Below, in pieces: positions 37,288 through 50,474 of a stretch of 64,000 nucleotides of DNA. The number at the start of each line of letters is the position of its first letter. Within the stretch, counting starts at the first letter, position 1. A program made the translations under genes and the position numbers. The notes beneath the pieces are model-generated. The model made no database searches and was not told where the DNA came from. It worked only from the letters and a program-made list of their open reading frames with translations. The stretch is from the NCBI GenBank assembly GCA_964016885.1, contig OZ024763.1, positions 20,522,001 to 20,586,000 of the forward strand, written 5' to 3'. This DNA is from Eledone cirrhosa. Its lineage: Eukaryota.

Positions 37288-38208
37288 ATAGTGAACTCTG
37301 TTCAAAAACGTATCTCTAGAATCTCATCTAATAAAAAGATTTTCGACGAAAAAGCCCAGTATTACAATGAAGCGTTAGCTAGAGCAGGATATAGTGATAC
37401 AATTATGTACATAGATAATAATAGACAAACTAACCAAAATAACAACAATTTTAATTACGGCAACAACTTTAACAACTATAATAGAAAGCATTACAATAAT
37501 TCCAAAAGCCAAAAAAGAAATAGAACTAGAAATATAATATGGTTTGCCCCACCTTTCTCACTAAACATTAAAACCCACATCGCTAAACTATTTTTTAATG
37601 CTCTTGATAATCGCTTCCCTAGAACACATAAGTATCACTCAATTTTCAATAGACATACTATAAAATTAACTTACTCATCCACCAAAAATTTAGCACAAAA
37701 TATTAATAGAATAAATAATAGGAATTTAAAACCTAGCCAAAATACCGATAATAGCATAAATAATATCCAAGTAAACAAATGTAACTGTAGAGATAGATCT
37801 AAATGTCCGTTAAATAACAATTGCTTAGTTAAAAATATAATATACAACTGTAATGTTAAAACGGACTTAAATTCTTTTAACTATGTTGGTTCCACCTCGA
37901 CAGAATTTAAACTTCGCTATAATAACCACAAGAATTCTTTCACAGATCCAAGCAAAAAATCTTCAACATCACTATCAGGCTTACTCTGGCAACTTAAGCA
38001 TGATAACGTTGGATATTCGACGGCTTGGAATATAGTCTCAAGAGGGATTCCTTTTAATTCATCTTCTGAGACATGTGACCTCTGCGCGGAGGAGATATTC
38101 TTTATACTAAAATCTAAAAATTCCCTTAATTTACGGACAAATTTATTCAGTTGCTGCAGACATAGATTGAACTCAACTTTTAAATATAAATATAAATTTA
38201 AAATGTAG
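37288..38208 (+). pseudogene. Truncated PLE ORF: RT thumb, CxCx5C linker, GIY-YIG endonuclease
   Basis: KRISRISS, IIWFAPPFS, CNCRDRSKC, IIYNC...YVGST...FKLRYNNH, CDLC...CRH. The first ~24 aa of ORF 37216 come from the inverted pLTR. Confidence 0.9.
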
Positions 38209-39522
38209 TATATTTACTTATGATTTGTAATTATTTATGAAACTCGCCGATAAATCTTTCGATTTCTTTTTTTTAAACATTCTTCATGAATAATTAAACT
38301 ACCCTAAAAGATGATGCTCCAAATATATCGAATAAACTTTACACTAGATAAACTTCTATAATAAATATAAGACCATCTGTAGATCAAATGGGTATCCTAA
38401 ACTTTTGGAATGATTTCTAGACAGGATTTGGTGAATAATTTTGGTTTTGTTTGCTTTTGATTCTGATGCTTATAATGAACTTGGCAATATATTGCCAATT
38501 AAATTTGAAGGGTAGATTTCTGTGGTTGATTTGCGGGGCATACTGTGTTTTATTTTTTAATATTTTTAATATTTTTATTGTTATATTGATATCTGTTGTC
38601 TATTTTATGCTTGAACGATAATCATGTAGAGTAAAGACAAGAATATTATTGTTAAAATTAATGTAGATTCTATATATATTTGTGTGTATGTACACATATA
38701 TGTATACTAGAATTTTTATAGCACAATGAGAATGTTTTCATGTGAAATAGGAATTTGCAGAGTTGATCACATAAATTCACATGGATGTTTATGGTATCGA
38801 ATCTGGGATAACCTTCTATTTTCTTTTTCTTTTTTCATGAAAGTGCATATATACTTATGTATTTTTTTTGAAGTTTTTTATCTCAGTTCTGATTATAAAC
38901 CTAGGAATTTTAAACTAGACATATGATCATTATTTTTCACACTTTATTGATACGTGTCTCATTCATGAATACTGATATTTACATTATAATACCTAATTCA
39001 TACGAATTGATATTTTAGATTGATGAAACATAATGTTTTAAATCTGCCTCGTTTATCTCTGGATATTTTTCTTTTCTCTCTATGTAACGGCTGTTTTCTC
39101 TCCTAACCACATATATCTCTCTCTACCTTAATACTAGAACTAAATAAATAAATAAATAAATAAATATATCATTGATACGTCATTCAACTGGTGCCCAACT
39201 ACCTATTTTTCTCTCTCTCTATCTCTATCTATATCTCTCTATTTTTTCTCTCTCTCTCTCTCTATCTCCCTCTGTTTTCTCTCTCTATCTATCTCTCTCT
39301 ATTTTTTCTTTACATGAATTTCTTCTCTCTATCTATCTCTCTATATCTATCTCTCTCTGTTTTTCGTTGCATGCATTTCTTCTTTTTCTTCGCTTTCTTT
39401 CTTTCTTTTTTTTTTTTTTCTATAACTGTCCCTAACATTTTTCACTACCAAATCAACTTTTTAAATGGAGGTTGAAGTGTAAGGTATGTCAAATCTATCT
39501 ATTTATAAGACTGTTTATATTG

Positions 39523-39588
39523 TATTTTGTCTGATGAAGGCATACCATATTTTTAATATGATATCCCTGAAATATATATAATGAAATA
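39523..39588 (+). ncRNA. Hammerhead ribozyme in the 3' pLTR
   Basis: tattttgt-CTGATGA-agg.ata.catat/atatg.tat.cct-GAAA-tatata-TA-atgaaata. Confidence 0.8.
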
Positions 39589-39628
39589 AATATGGTTTTA
39601 TAAATATAGTTTCCATTTATTTAATATC

Positions 39629-39669
<41 letters not shown>

Positions 39670-39798
39670 CACACATATATATATATATATACACATACAC
39701 ACATATATTTAATAAACACATACACATATATATATATACAAACACACACACATAATATACATACACACATATAATATATATACACACCTAATATATAT

Positions 39799-39829
<31 letters not shown>

Positions 39830-39959
39830 CAGACATATGTATATATACATACACATATATATATTGTTATACTTGGGGAGGGTCATATTTGTGTAATAAT
39901 ATTGCCAGAAATAATAACACATATATATATACACACACATATATAATAAACACATACAC

Positions 39960-39998
<39 letters not shown>

Positions 39999-40056
39999 TA
40001 TATATACACACAGACATATATATAGATAGATATACACATAATATATATACACACTC

Positions 40057-40093
<37 letters not shown>

Positions 40094-40631
40094 ATATATA
40101 TATACATACACACACACGCACAATATATATACATACACACACACATGCAGGCCTGTCAGGGTGAGTAAGAGGTTATGAGGTGTTGGGGAACTGGGTTTTT
40201 CCTTCCCCTTAACATTAATCTGACATAAAGGTCAATCCGTGGGATCGGCAATTAATGCATTTGGTTGAGTTTGTACAGAACTTTGGATTGGGGTAGATTT
40301 GTTTTGTGTTCCAATTTAGGGGATTAATGGTCTAAGTTACATTTATATATATATTAAAAAAACACACAGCCCACGCTGTAATGTGGCCGTGTAGGTAACA
40401 CGGTAAAAAGTTCCCAGTCCACACTGTAAATGTGGTTGGTGTTAGGAAGGGCATCCAGCTGTAGAAAACCTGCCAGATAGTCCTATATGAGCGAGACATG
40501 GTCACCCGACCAACCTTGCCTCAAGTGGGACAACTCCCATCTAACCCATGCTAGCGTGGAAAATGGACGTTAAACAAAAATGATGATGATGATGATGATG
40601 ATGATATATATATATATATATATATATATAA

Positions 40632-42028
40632 GGAAGAGCAATTAGAGACGTGTGATATAGAGGAACAGTGGCAATTCCTGAAAGTGAACCTGCTGAAAGC
40701 AACAGATGAAATTTGTGGCTGGAGCAGACCTATTGGCAGGAGGAGAGTAACTTCGTGGTGGAACAGTAAGGTAGAAGAGACAATCAAGGCCAAAAAGCAG
40801 GCTTGGAAAGTTTGGCAGGATGGGGGAAGTAGAGAGCACTATCAAGTAGCCAGGAGAAAAGCTAGGAGACAAGTGTACCTTGCAAAAAAGGAAGCAGAGG
40901 ATAGAAAGTTCAAGCATGTTCTACAACGCGAGGACTAAAAATGCGAGGTGCTCAGGATTGCTAGACAATGTGTCAAGGAAAACCGTGATATTGTCGGAGA
41001 GAAGTGTGTACGTAATGATAACGGTGTACTTGCCCTCACTGACGCTGATAAGAAGATAGCCTGGAAGTGTCACTACGAGAGACTATTAAATGAGGAGAAT
41101 AAGTGGGAAAAAGATATTCTGCCCCAAATCGATCCAATAGAAGGACCAGCGGTGCAAGTTAAAGGTAGTATAATAAGTAAGGCAATCAAAGATATGAAGA
41201 TGGGTAAGGCAGCTGGGCCTTCGGAGATAGTTGCTGAGATGTTGAAGGCATCTGGAATGGTGGGACATACTATGGTCACCCGTATAGTTAACCAAGTAAT
41301 ACAGAATGGGGTCATACCAAAAGACTGGCGTAGCAGCATCATCATTAACTGCTACAAGGGTAAAGGAGATGCTCTAGATAGAGGAAACTATATAGTCATT
41401 AAGTTAATTGACCAGGTCATGAAGGTCACAGAAAGAGTTATAGTGCAACTAATCAGAGAGCGAATTGATCTAGATGAAATGCAGTTTGGGTTTGTGTCAG
41501 GTGAAAGTACCACAGACGCTCTTTTACTTGTACGACAACTACAAGAGAAGTACCTAGCTAAAAGTAAACCCCTATACTTAGCTTTTGTAGACCTGGAAAA
41601 AGCCTTTGACAGAGTCTCCCGCTCCATTATCTGGTGGGCTCTTAGAAAACTAGGTGTAGATGAATGGCTTGTGAGAGCTATACAAGCTATGTATAATGAA
41701 ACAGTCAGCAAGGTTAGAATTAACAATGAATATTGTGAAGAATTTAGTGTAAAAGTTGGTGTTCACCAAGGCTCTGTCCTTAGCCCCCTCCTATTAATGT
41801 GTAATGTGGCCGTGTAGGTATCACGGTAAAAAGTTCCCAGTTCCACACTGTAAATGTGGTTGGTGTTAGGAAGGGCATCCAGCCGTAGAAAACCTGCCAG
41901 ATAGTCCTATATGAGCGAGACACGGTCACTCGACCAACCTTGCCTCAAGTGGGAGAACTCCCGTCTAACCCATGCTAGCGTGGAAAGTAGACGTTAAACG
42001 AGGATGATGATGATGATGATGATGATGA
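40632..42028 (+). mobile_element. RTE LINE, 5'-truncated and internally deleted (jumps from SPLL to the 3'UTR), with one in-frame stop
   Basis: ORFs 40684-40938 and 40948-41817 share a frame; motifs WWN, GKAAGP, IPKDW, QFGF, DLEKAFDRV; (ATG)n tail at ~42003-42028. Confidence 0.9.
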
Positions 42029-42072
42029 TATAATAAAAAAGAAAATTTTTTTCGCTCTACATGGCTGAATAC

Positions 42073-42323
42073 AATAAATGTAATCTGAGTTTCTCGAATA
42101 TTAATAATAACATTCGATTTGTTTGCAATTATGCAAACAAGCCTCAACTTTAAAGCCATGTCAATAGAATGAACCCTTCATTCTTGCTCTTGTGTTGCCA
42201 ACACAAGAGCAAGAATGAAGGGTTCATTCTACTGACATGGCTATAAAGTTGAGGCTTGTTTGCATAATTGCAAACGAATCGAATGTTATTATTAATATTC
42301 GAAAAACTCAGATTACATTTATT
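42073..42323. repeat. ~250-bp near-perfect palindrome
   Basis: Centre ...CTCTTGTGTTG-C-CAACACAAGAG...; arms of ~125 bp with about 4 mismatches. Confidence 0.92.
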
Positions 42324-42336
42324 ATATATATATATA

Positions 42337-44108
42337 TCATCATCATCATCATCATCATCGTTTAACGTCCGTGTTCCACGCTTGCATGGGTTTGGACGGG
42401 AGTTTTCCCACTTGAGGCAAGAGTGGTTGTCATTGCTCACATAGGACTGTCTGGCGGGTTTTCTACAGCTGGATACCCTTCCTAACACCAACCACGTTTA
42501 TAGTGTGGGGCTGGGAGGTTTTTACCTTGTTGCCTACACGGCCACATTACAGCGTGGACTGTGTGTTTTTTTGTCGTGACACCTACACGACCTCATTTCT
42601 TTCGGCCTGGATGTTGTGGCACCAACATAACTTTACATTGAAAGGGGCGGTGTGGATGGGGGGGGGGGGTATTTTGTTAGAGGTGCCTACTGAGTGTAGT
42701 AGGTTTTACTTTGTATTTAGGTAAGGCGGGTCTTCTCTATTACTGAGTACCGCCAAAGGTCTCGGTCCAGTGACATTGTCTTGGAGAGGTGTAAGTGTGT
42801 GAGGTCGGAATTTATCAGCTCGTCCCAGGTTTTTCTGGGTCTGCCTACTCCGTGGCTACCGTCTATCTTTATTGCCCTGCACTTTGTTATACAGCTGTCG
42901 TCTTTCATGCGCATCACGTGCCCATACCAACGTAGCCTTCTCTCGAGTAAACAACATCTGATCCCTCTTATTTTTAATTTTTTCCTTAGTTCGTTTATGC
43001 TTTGCCGTTCACGTATATTACTATTACACATCCAGTGGAGCATGCAAGCTTTGTTCCTCTCTAGTCTGCGTATATCCTCTGCACACAATGCCCAGGTCTC
43101 ACTGCCATGCAACATTGCTGTTCGTATGCAGGCATCATACAACCTGCCTTTCATTTTTAGAGAGAACCCTTTAGCGGCTAATAGTGGTATAAGCTCTCTG
43201 AACTTTTTCCATCCAGTTCTGACTCTAGCTACTGTACTTTCAGAGCACCCTCCCCCATTGCTGATTTTGTCACCCAGGTAACGGAAGTTGTCCACTATTT
43301 CTATAGAGCCCTCTGCGCAATTGAAAGAGCTAGTATTTTGTGGGCACTTGCTGCTACTTATTGCACCAGAGCACCGGCCACATGTAAAATCTACATTCTT
43401 AGTTAGCTTACCTGTGATCCCACTACATCTTTTATGCACCCATACTTTGCATTTGGGACATAAAATGGAGTTTCTACCTACGCCTTTCCTACACACTGAG
43501 CATGGCCATTTCCAGGAAGGGACCGGCGCCTTATTTTCTTTCCTACAAACTAGAACTTTAGTCTTAGCCAGGTTAATTTTAAGGCCTTTTGATTCTAGGC
43601 CGTGCTTCCATGTTTGGAATTTCTTCTCTAGCTCGGCCATTGATTCAGCTATGAGCGTTAGATCATCTGCGTATAGGAGTTCCCATGGGCAGCCGGTCTT
43701 GAACTCCTCTGTTATAGCCTGAAGGGCAATAATAAATAGTAGGGGGCTAAGAACAGAGCCCTGATGGACACCAACTTTTACGCTAAACTCTTCACTATAT
43801 TCGTTGTTAATTCTAACCTTGCTGACTGTTTCTTTATACATGGCTTGTATAGCTCTCTCAAGCCATTCGTCAACACCTAGTTTTCTAAGAGCCCACCAGA
43901 TAATGGAACGGGGGACTCTGTCGAAGGCTTTCTCCATGTCGACAAAAGCTAAGTATAGGGGTTTACTTTTAGCTAGGTACTTCTCCTGTAGTTGTCGTAC
44001 AATGAAAAGAGCGTCTGTGGTACTTTTGCCTGACACAAACCCGAACTGCATTTCATCTAGATCAATTCTCTCTCTGATTAGTTGCGCTATTACTTTTTCC
44101 GTGACCTT
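42337..44108 (-). mobile_element. 5'-truncated RTE LINE (RT + PHD finger + 3'UTR)
   Basis: ORF 42717-44129 has LLYADDLT, the C4HC3 finger and RRLRWYGHV; 3'UTR ends in (ATG)n; the 5' end abuts (TA)n. Confidence 0.95.
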
Positions 44109-45769
44109 GATATATATATATATATACAAGGGCCTTGTTTCAGGGAGGTACCAGGAGACAAGTCTATATTTTATTATTTATTTTTAAGCTTATTTTTTTA
44201 TATCTTAACTTCATTTGAATATATAAAATTTAATTAGCATAAAATTTTATTTATGTGATAGGGTTTGGGAAAGGCACCATAAGCAATTTATGCTCCTTTA
44301 AGAATCAACAAATGTTGGTTTGTCCTCCTCACATTTTTAAGGCAAACGAGACCCTTGTATATATATTATATTTATATTTATATATATAACATATGTGGTA
44401 AGTATTTCCATAGAAAAGGTAAAGGAAAGAAGAGTGCTCTATGTATAGTACAGAGCTGTTTAATTACATAAAAATGTGTTGTTTAAATATATATATATAT
44501 AGATATGCAGTTGTCTCCCGGTATTCACGGGGGTTATGTTTGTAGAGCACCCATAAAGATTGTAAAACCGTGAATATTGAACGTGGTCTGTAAAAATGCC
44601 TATAAATATAATGTAAAATATAACATAAAAAAAGAGGGAGCATCTTATGTGAAGGGGCATCCAATAGGTCAGCAAATACGGCATATTCAACATCATCATC
44701 GTTTAACGTCTATCTTCCACGCTAGCATGGGTTTAAACGGGAATTGTCCCACTTGAGGCAAGATTGGTTGTCTTGCTCATATAGGACTGTCTGGCAGGTT
44801 TTCTACGGCTGGATGCCCTTCCTAACACCAACCACATTTACAGTGTATATTGTTATTAATAATTTAGCATTAAAAAATATATATATTGCCACAAAAAAGC
44901 CATAAATAAATCGCGGAAGATATTTATGATTCTGCGAATATGCAGTGATTTCCATGAACAATTATTAGTTAGGTTCTAAGGAAAATTCCTTAAATAACTG
45001 GGACCGCGAATGCCAAGAGTACACTGTATATGAATCTAACAATAGAACCAGCAGCTGGACCTAGTTCCTGACTTGTGGAGGCAATTTAATGACAGTAATC
45101 AATGGAAAACCTACAACTATTGTATACATATACACAAAATGGATCATTATTATTCTTTTTATTGATGTGAAAGCAAAAGCTGTGCTATAAGCCCTAATAT
45201 TCAAATTAAATTCAACACCATTATCAGGACATAGATGTTTATCTAACCATCTGCCAGTTGGTTTTGACGGTAAAAATCTGTCCAGCGATTCTTTCCTGAG
45301 ACATTCTATTCAGAATGGATCACATAATGCAGATTGTTTTGCAACTAATATCATACATTCACTTAGTGTAAGAGTATAGTTAGATACAATAATAATTGTT
45401 TCTACTTTTTGGCACAAGGCCAGCAATTATCCCAGTGTATTACTGGTACTTTATTTTATCGACCCCGTAAGGATGAAAGGCAAAGTTAACCTCAGCGGGA
45501 TTTGAACTCAGTCCGTAAAGGGACGTAACTGCTGGAAAGCATGGCGTCCGACCCTCTACCGATACTGCCAATCCACCAATATGATAATAATGAAAATTAT
45601 TGTGTACAGTGCTCAGGTGCACTACAACTCATCAAAGGTGCATGTATAGTACATAGAATAATTGTTTCTACTTTTGGCACAAGGCCAGCAATTACCCAGT
45701 ACATTACTGGTACTTTATTTATATAGTACATAGAATAATGCACATAATGTCAGGAAAGTAAACAGTGTA

Positions 45770-46130
45770 TGAAGCATAATATACACACAGATATATATGT
45801 GAGTGTGTATGGAGGGGGAATATCAGGTGTAGTGTTGGTGAATTTCAGGAAGCATGGAAGTTTTGAAGGATGCAGTGTCCTGACAGCTAACAACTGATGC
45901 AGGTAGTTTGTTCCATACTTCAGCAACTCTGAGCACGATAAAATGTTTCCGAAAGTCATGGGAGCTTTACTGTTTTCTGACTTTGTAAGCATGTCCACGT
46001 GTGTTAGACACATGGAATGTAAAAAGGTGCTCTGGGTTGTTTTTGGCAAGATGGTTAATAATTTTGTGGGTGTCTACCAAGTCAGTTGCCAGACATCGGA
46101 GCTTTAATGTATCCATGCCCAGGGATGCTT
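45770..46130 (-). mobile_element. CR1-clade LINE 3' fragment
   Basis: Minus-strand translation NTRGHAYKV...FRKHF..LRVAEVWNKLPASVV..TASFK. Confidence 0.7.
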
Positions 46131-47049
46131 TAATGTATTCATGCATTCAGAAGTGTGTAAGAGAGAAGATTGCGTTGGTACTGATGTGTAATACATACGG
46201 ATGATGGTCGTTGGGTGCAGAAGTGTTAAAAAAATTCCAGGTGGAAGAAGGACGATGTAGGCAGAAATAATATGCACACGTCTAGGGTAGAATAGGGTGG
46301 AAATGGCAAAAGCTGATTTCAGGAGGTTGACCATCATAAAAGAGATGACAAAAAATTCTAGGCACCCCCTGGACCACATTTCTGTTCACTGCTATCGGAA
46401 TTGAGTTAGCTACCTGCAAAGTGGAGTGGCTGTTCCAGCCAGTATATCTCCCTCGCTTTCCTCTGCGGCAATGCAGCAATGTTCTTGTCCACTCTGTCGG
46501 CCAGGACCACGAGGCAGACAACATATTAGGGCAGGAGCAAGGTGGCAGTCTTGAGACTAAACGGTTAATAATTGTTTCTACTTTTGGCACAAGGCCAGCA
46601 ATTACCCCAGTGTATTACTGGTACTTTATTTTATCAACTCCGTAAGGATGAAAGGCAAAGTTAAGCTCGGCGGGATTTGAACTCAGAATGTAAAGGGACG
46701 TAACTATACACTGCAAAGCATGGTGTCTGACGCTCTACCAATACTGCCAATCCACTGCCCTAAAGGGTTAATAATGCTGACACACACACATACAGAAATA
46801 TTGCAAAATATTCGAAACAGGGAGTTTTCATGGGGAGATTTTGTAAGCTTGTCAAAAATGGGGTGATTTTATGTCCTGACAGGGAGACAGGGAGAAATGA
46901 GCCAAAATGGGGAGATATCCTCCATCGGACAGGGAGAGTTGACAGGTCTGCACACACACATCACCATCACCATCACCATCATCATCCATTGGCCTCAGCC
47001 GAAATCAACTCAACAATTGATCTCTATGTGGGTCTGTCGTTCATTGCTG

Positions 47050-47400
47050 CTGCCAAATCCTGGATTTCAATACCAGAATCTCTGGAGATGACATCGGGAT
47101 AAGAGAGCTTACACCTACACTTGCCTGCTTCAACACATTCAGAACATAAGCTGGCGACATCTGACTTTGAAAGAAATATATGCTTGCCTCCCACGCATAT
47201 CTGTCGTTGTAAGTAAAAGGAGAGTAAGATTTGCTGGCCACTGCCATCGTGCCACCTATGAGGCTGTGTCCCCATTAGTGCTTTGGAAAGCCCAGACACA
47301 TACAAACACTTACACAAAATATAAACCTAGTCGAAACACCAATACCGTCTAACCCATGCTAGCGTGGAAGAACCGTATAACAGTGATGATGATGATGAAT
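47050..47400 (+). pseudogene. Degenerate RTE-like LINE 3' fragment
   Basis: NISWRHLT.KEIY..LPRIS...RRVRFAGHCHR...LVLW. Confidence 0.5.
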
Positions 47401-47526
47401 GATGATACTACAAACTACTAAGTTAGTGACAAGTGGAAAAACACAGTAAGGGAGAGGGGAAAGCTCATCTAAACAATGCAAGCATGGAAAAATAGACATA
47501 TAAAATTATGACAATGATGACAGACA

Positions 47527-47607
47527 TACAGGGTGTCCAAAAAAATGTATACATACTTTTATTAGAATGCTGTTGAAATGTGTATATATTTTGGGGGACA
47601 CCCTGTA
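47527..47607. mobile_element. Tiny Tc1-like MITE
   Basis: TA|CAGGGTGTCC...GGACACCCTG|TA. Confidence 0.7.
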
Positions 47608-47711
47608 TATTGAATAAATGACTACTACAGGACTAGCTCTGTTTTCACTGTAAAGAATTTGTCTGAGTGTATAATTATGTGTGTGTGTGTGTGTGTGAGT
47701 GGGGGGGGGGG

Positions 47712-47890
47712 CAGACCTGCCAACCTCTAAAGACCCAAACAGAGAGTACCATGAAAAAAATTGCCCCAAAATGGGGAGATTTTACATGAAGAAAAAGCTA
47801 TACCCATTTTCACAAGAGAGGACCATCTCTCACCCAACCCAAAGTAGGTGGGAGATCTTTCTGTTGCACAGGGAGAGTTGACAGCTATGT
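47712..47890. mobile_element. hAT-like MITE family; copies at ~46820-46950, 52550-52745, 53161-53360
   Basis: Ends CAGACCTGYCAAC / GTTGRCAGGTCTG with a shared interior. Confidence 0.6.
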
Positions 47891-49297
47891 GTGTGTGTAT
47901 GTCACCATGTGTGTCTGGAAAGTAACATCACTTAGGTTAGCCGGTGGCACTATGTTTATGTCCCACGGCTCAACAGATCGACGTGAAAAATTAGTGGATG
48001 AAGAACTTTACTGAAAAACCAGTAAGGGGTTTAGTATCATGAAGGGCAAGGGAAGCGACCATAGAACAAACACGGCCTCAAAAAGTTTGGTGAAACCCAT
48101 GCCAAGACCACGAGGCAGAAGACATATTTGGACAGGAGTATGGTGGTAGTCTTCAGACTAAAGGGTTAATAATTGTTTCTACTTTTGACACAAGGCCAGC
48201 AACTATCCCCAGTGCATTACTGGTGCTTTATTTTATCGACCCCGTAACGATGAAAGGCACAGTTAACCTCGGCGGGATTTGAACTCAGAACATAAAGGGC
48301 CGTAACTATATGCTGCAAAGCATGGCGTCTGATACTCTGATACTGCCAATCCACTGCCTCAAAAAATTTCGTCAAACCCATGCCACCATGAAAAATAATC
48401 CGGACGCGATCATAATGGCAATGATGCTGATGATGATGATGATATATGCTCCTGCTGATGATGATGGTGGTGATGATATATTCAGAGAAACTGGTTGTCC
48501 CTTAATGCTTATGAGACCCAATCAAATGCATCGCACAATGCTAAGACATTGCAGACCTGACTTAAAATAAAAGGATTAACGGTGAAATTCTGACGGTGTT
48601 TTGTTTTCGAATCATACAAACATTTCCGTTGACCCTAAGATGTGATGTGGGGGCTATTATCACACCTGATGGTGAATTGATGGTCGATTTTTTATTTTCG
48701 TGTATGTTCTTTCTCTCGCTTTAATCGTATATTTTGGTGGTTGTATTTGTAAGGTTCTTAGCAATAGTTAATTGTAATTATTATATAAAGTACCAATGGC
48801 AGTGGATTGGCAGTATCGGTAGAGGGTCGGACGCCATGCTTTCCAGCATAGTTACGTCCCTTTACGATCTGAGTTCAAATCCCGCCGAGGTTGACTTTGC
48901 CTTTCATCCTTACGGGGTCGATAAAATAAAGTACCAGTAATGCACTGGGTAATTGCTGGCCTTGTGCCTAAAGTAGAAACAATTATATAAAGTACCAGCA
49001 ACGAACTGGATCGATTTAATAGAGTTCCACCTCCCACCAAAATTTGAAAGCCTTGTATCTAAATGAGAAACCATTACATGTGTTTATATTTTCGTTGTTA
49101 TATTTGGAGAGAGTCGTGTTGTATTTTCATTCTGAAAGAATTGTGAGCCATTTGTTATGTTATTTATACAACTGCGAATAAGCATATATTGTCAGTTTCG
49201 TAAATGGATATATTAGTTCGGATCTAGCTGTCGAAACGGCAGGAGCTCAGCCGTTGGGATCCTGACTATTTTCCTATATATATATATATATATATAT

Positions 49298-49531
49298 AAA
49301 ACAGTTCTAGTCCTGTAGAAGCCATTTCTATATTAAATATATATATACTCTGCTATGTATTGAATACTTTACTTACACATATATATGTGTGTGTGTTTAT
49401 CCCGGGTTCAATCGGGGGTAACTACAGTAAGTAAGGTATTCAATACATAGCAGAGTATATATATATTTAATATAGAAATGGCTTCTACAGGACTAGAACT
49501 GTTTCATTCGGGAGAAGGGAGAAATCATCAA
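49298..49531 (-). mobile_element. PLE-like fold-back fragment with a truncated hammerhead (49481-49531)
   Basis: 49298-49376 is inverted at ~49427-49504. Minus strand reads TTGATGA-ttc..gaa-GAAA-cag..ctg-TA, but the 5' arm of stem I is missing. Confidence 0.5.
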
Positions 49532-50121
49532 TATGGTCTACCTTTGGTGGTAGGGTCTAATAACTTGCCTTCGTTGTTATTATCATTGTTAAACTTATAT
49601 CTTATATATATATATATATAATACATATTAGCATCATCATCATTGTCGTTTTTAAGTCAACTTTCCCTGGTATGGGTTGGATGGGCAATGTTTTACAGTC
49701 GGGGACCCATCCTGATACCAACACACTTTTGTCGCTTCTTACGACACGCAAGGGACACTGTGTACCTATTCTAACGACTAGATAAGATACATTAGACATC
49801 AAGAGACGTATTAGTCATATTTCTTCGGGTCCATTATGACTGGACACTGAGCCATACACACAAACACAAACATATCTAAGAACCAATAGAGTCCTATGAA
49901 GGATCGAAGATCAATTATATGTAATTAACTTCCTATATTTGATCTGTATCGGAGGCTAAATCATAGCGATTTTCTATAAATAAAATCATATATATATATA
50001 TATATAATCTTCAAATCTATATTTTGCTCTCTCACTCTCTTTATATATATATATATATATTTATATACATATATATATACAATATATTAATAAATGGAAA
50101 CTATATTTATAAAACCATATT

Positions 50122-50187
50122 TATTTTATTATACATATTTCAAGGGCCACCAAGGCAAATTATGGTGCGCTTTCATCAGATAAAATA
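50122..50187 (-). ncRNA. Hammerhead ribozyme in a fold-back pLTR fragment (~50076-50343)
   Basis: Near-identical reverse complement of 36560-36625; flanking ~50078-50130 is inverted at ~50200-50253. Confidence 0.75.
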
Positions 50188-50437
50188 CAGATTTGTTAAT
50201 AATAAAATAAATATGGTTTTATAAATATAGTTTCCCTTTATTAATATATTGTGTTTTTACTCCACTAATCTGTTGAGTGCTTTATATCAGTTATAAAATG
50301 CTTAAGCTTGTTGAATCCCAACAAATTAAATATAACCTCTGCATATATATATATATATGTGTGTGTGTTTGTGTATGTGTGTGTATATTGGGTATAAATC
50401 TACATGCATGTGTGTTTATGCTTGTTAGAACCTGTGT

Positions 50438-50474
<37 letters not shown>

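Larger units (their letters stand above)
36936..39631 (+). mobile_element. 5'-truncated Naiad-type Penelope-like element with an inverted pLTR (36936-37287) and a 3' pLTR (39371-39631)
   Basis: 37023-37287 is the reverse complement of 39371-39631; both contain a hammerhead; the ORF remnant lies between them. Confidence 0.88.

Noticed and set aside
49185-49270. Possible hammerhead GAAA-cggc..gccg-TT
   Set aside because: Stem III is good but no CUGANGA-like core precedes stem II; at most a decayed relic.
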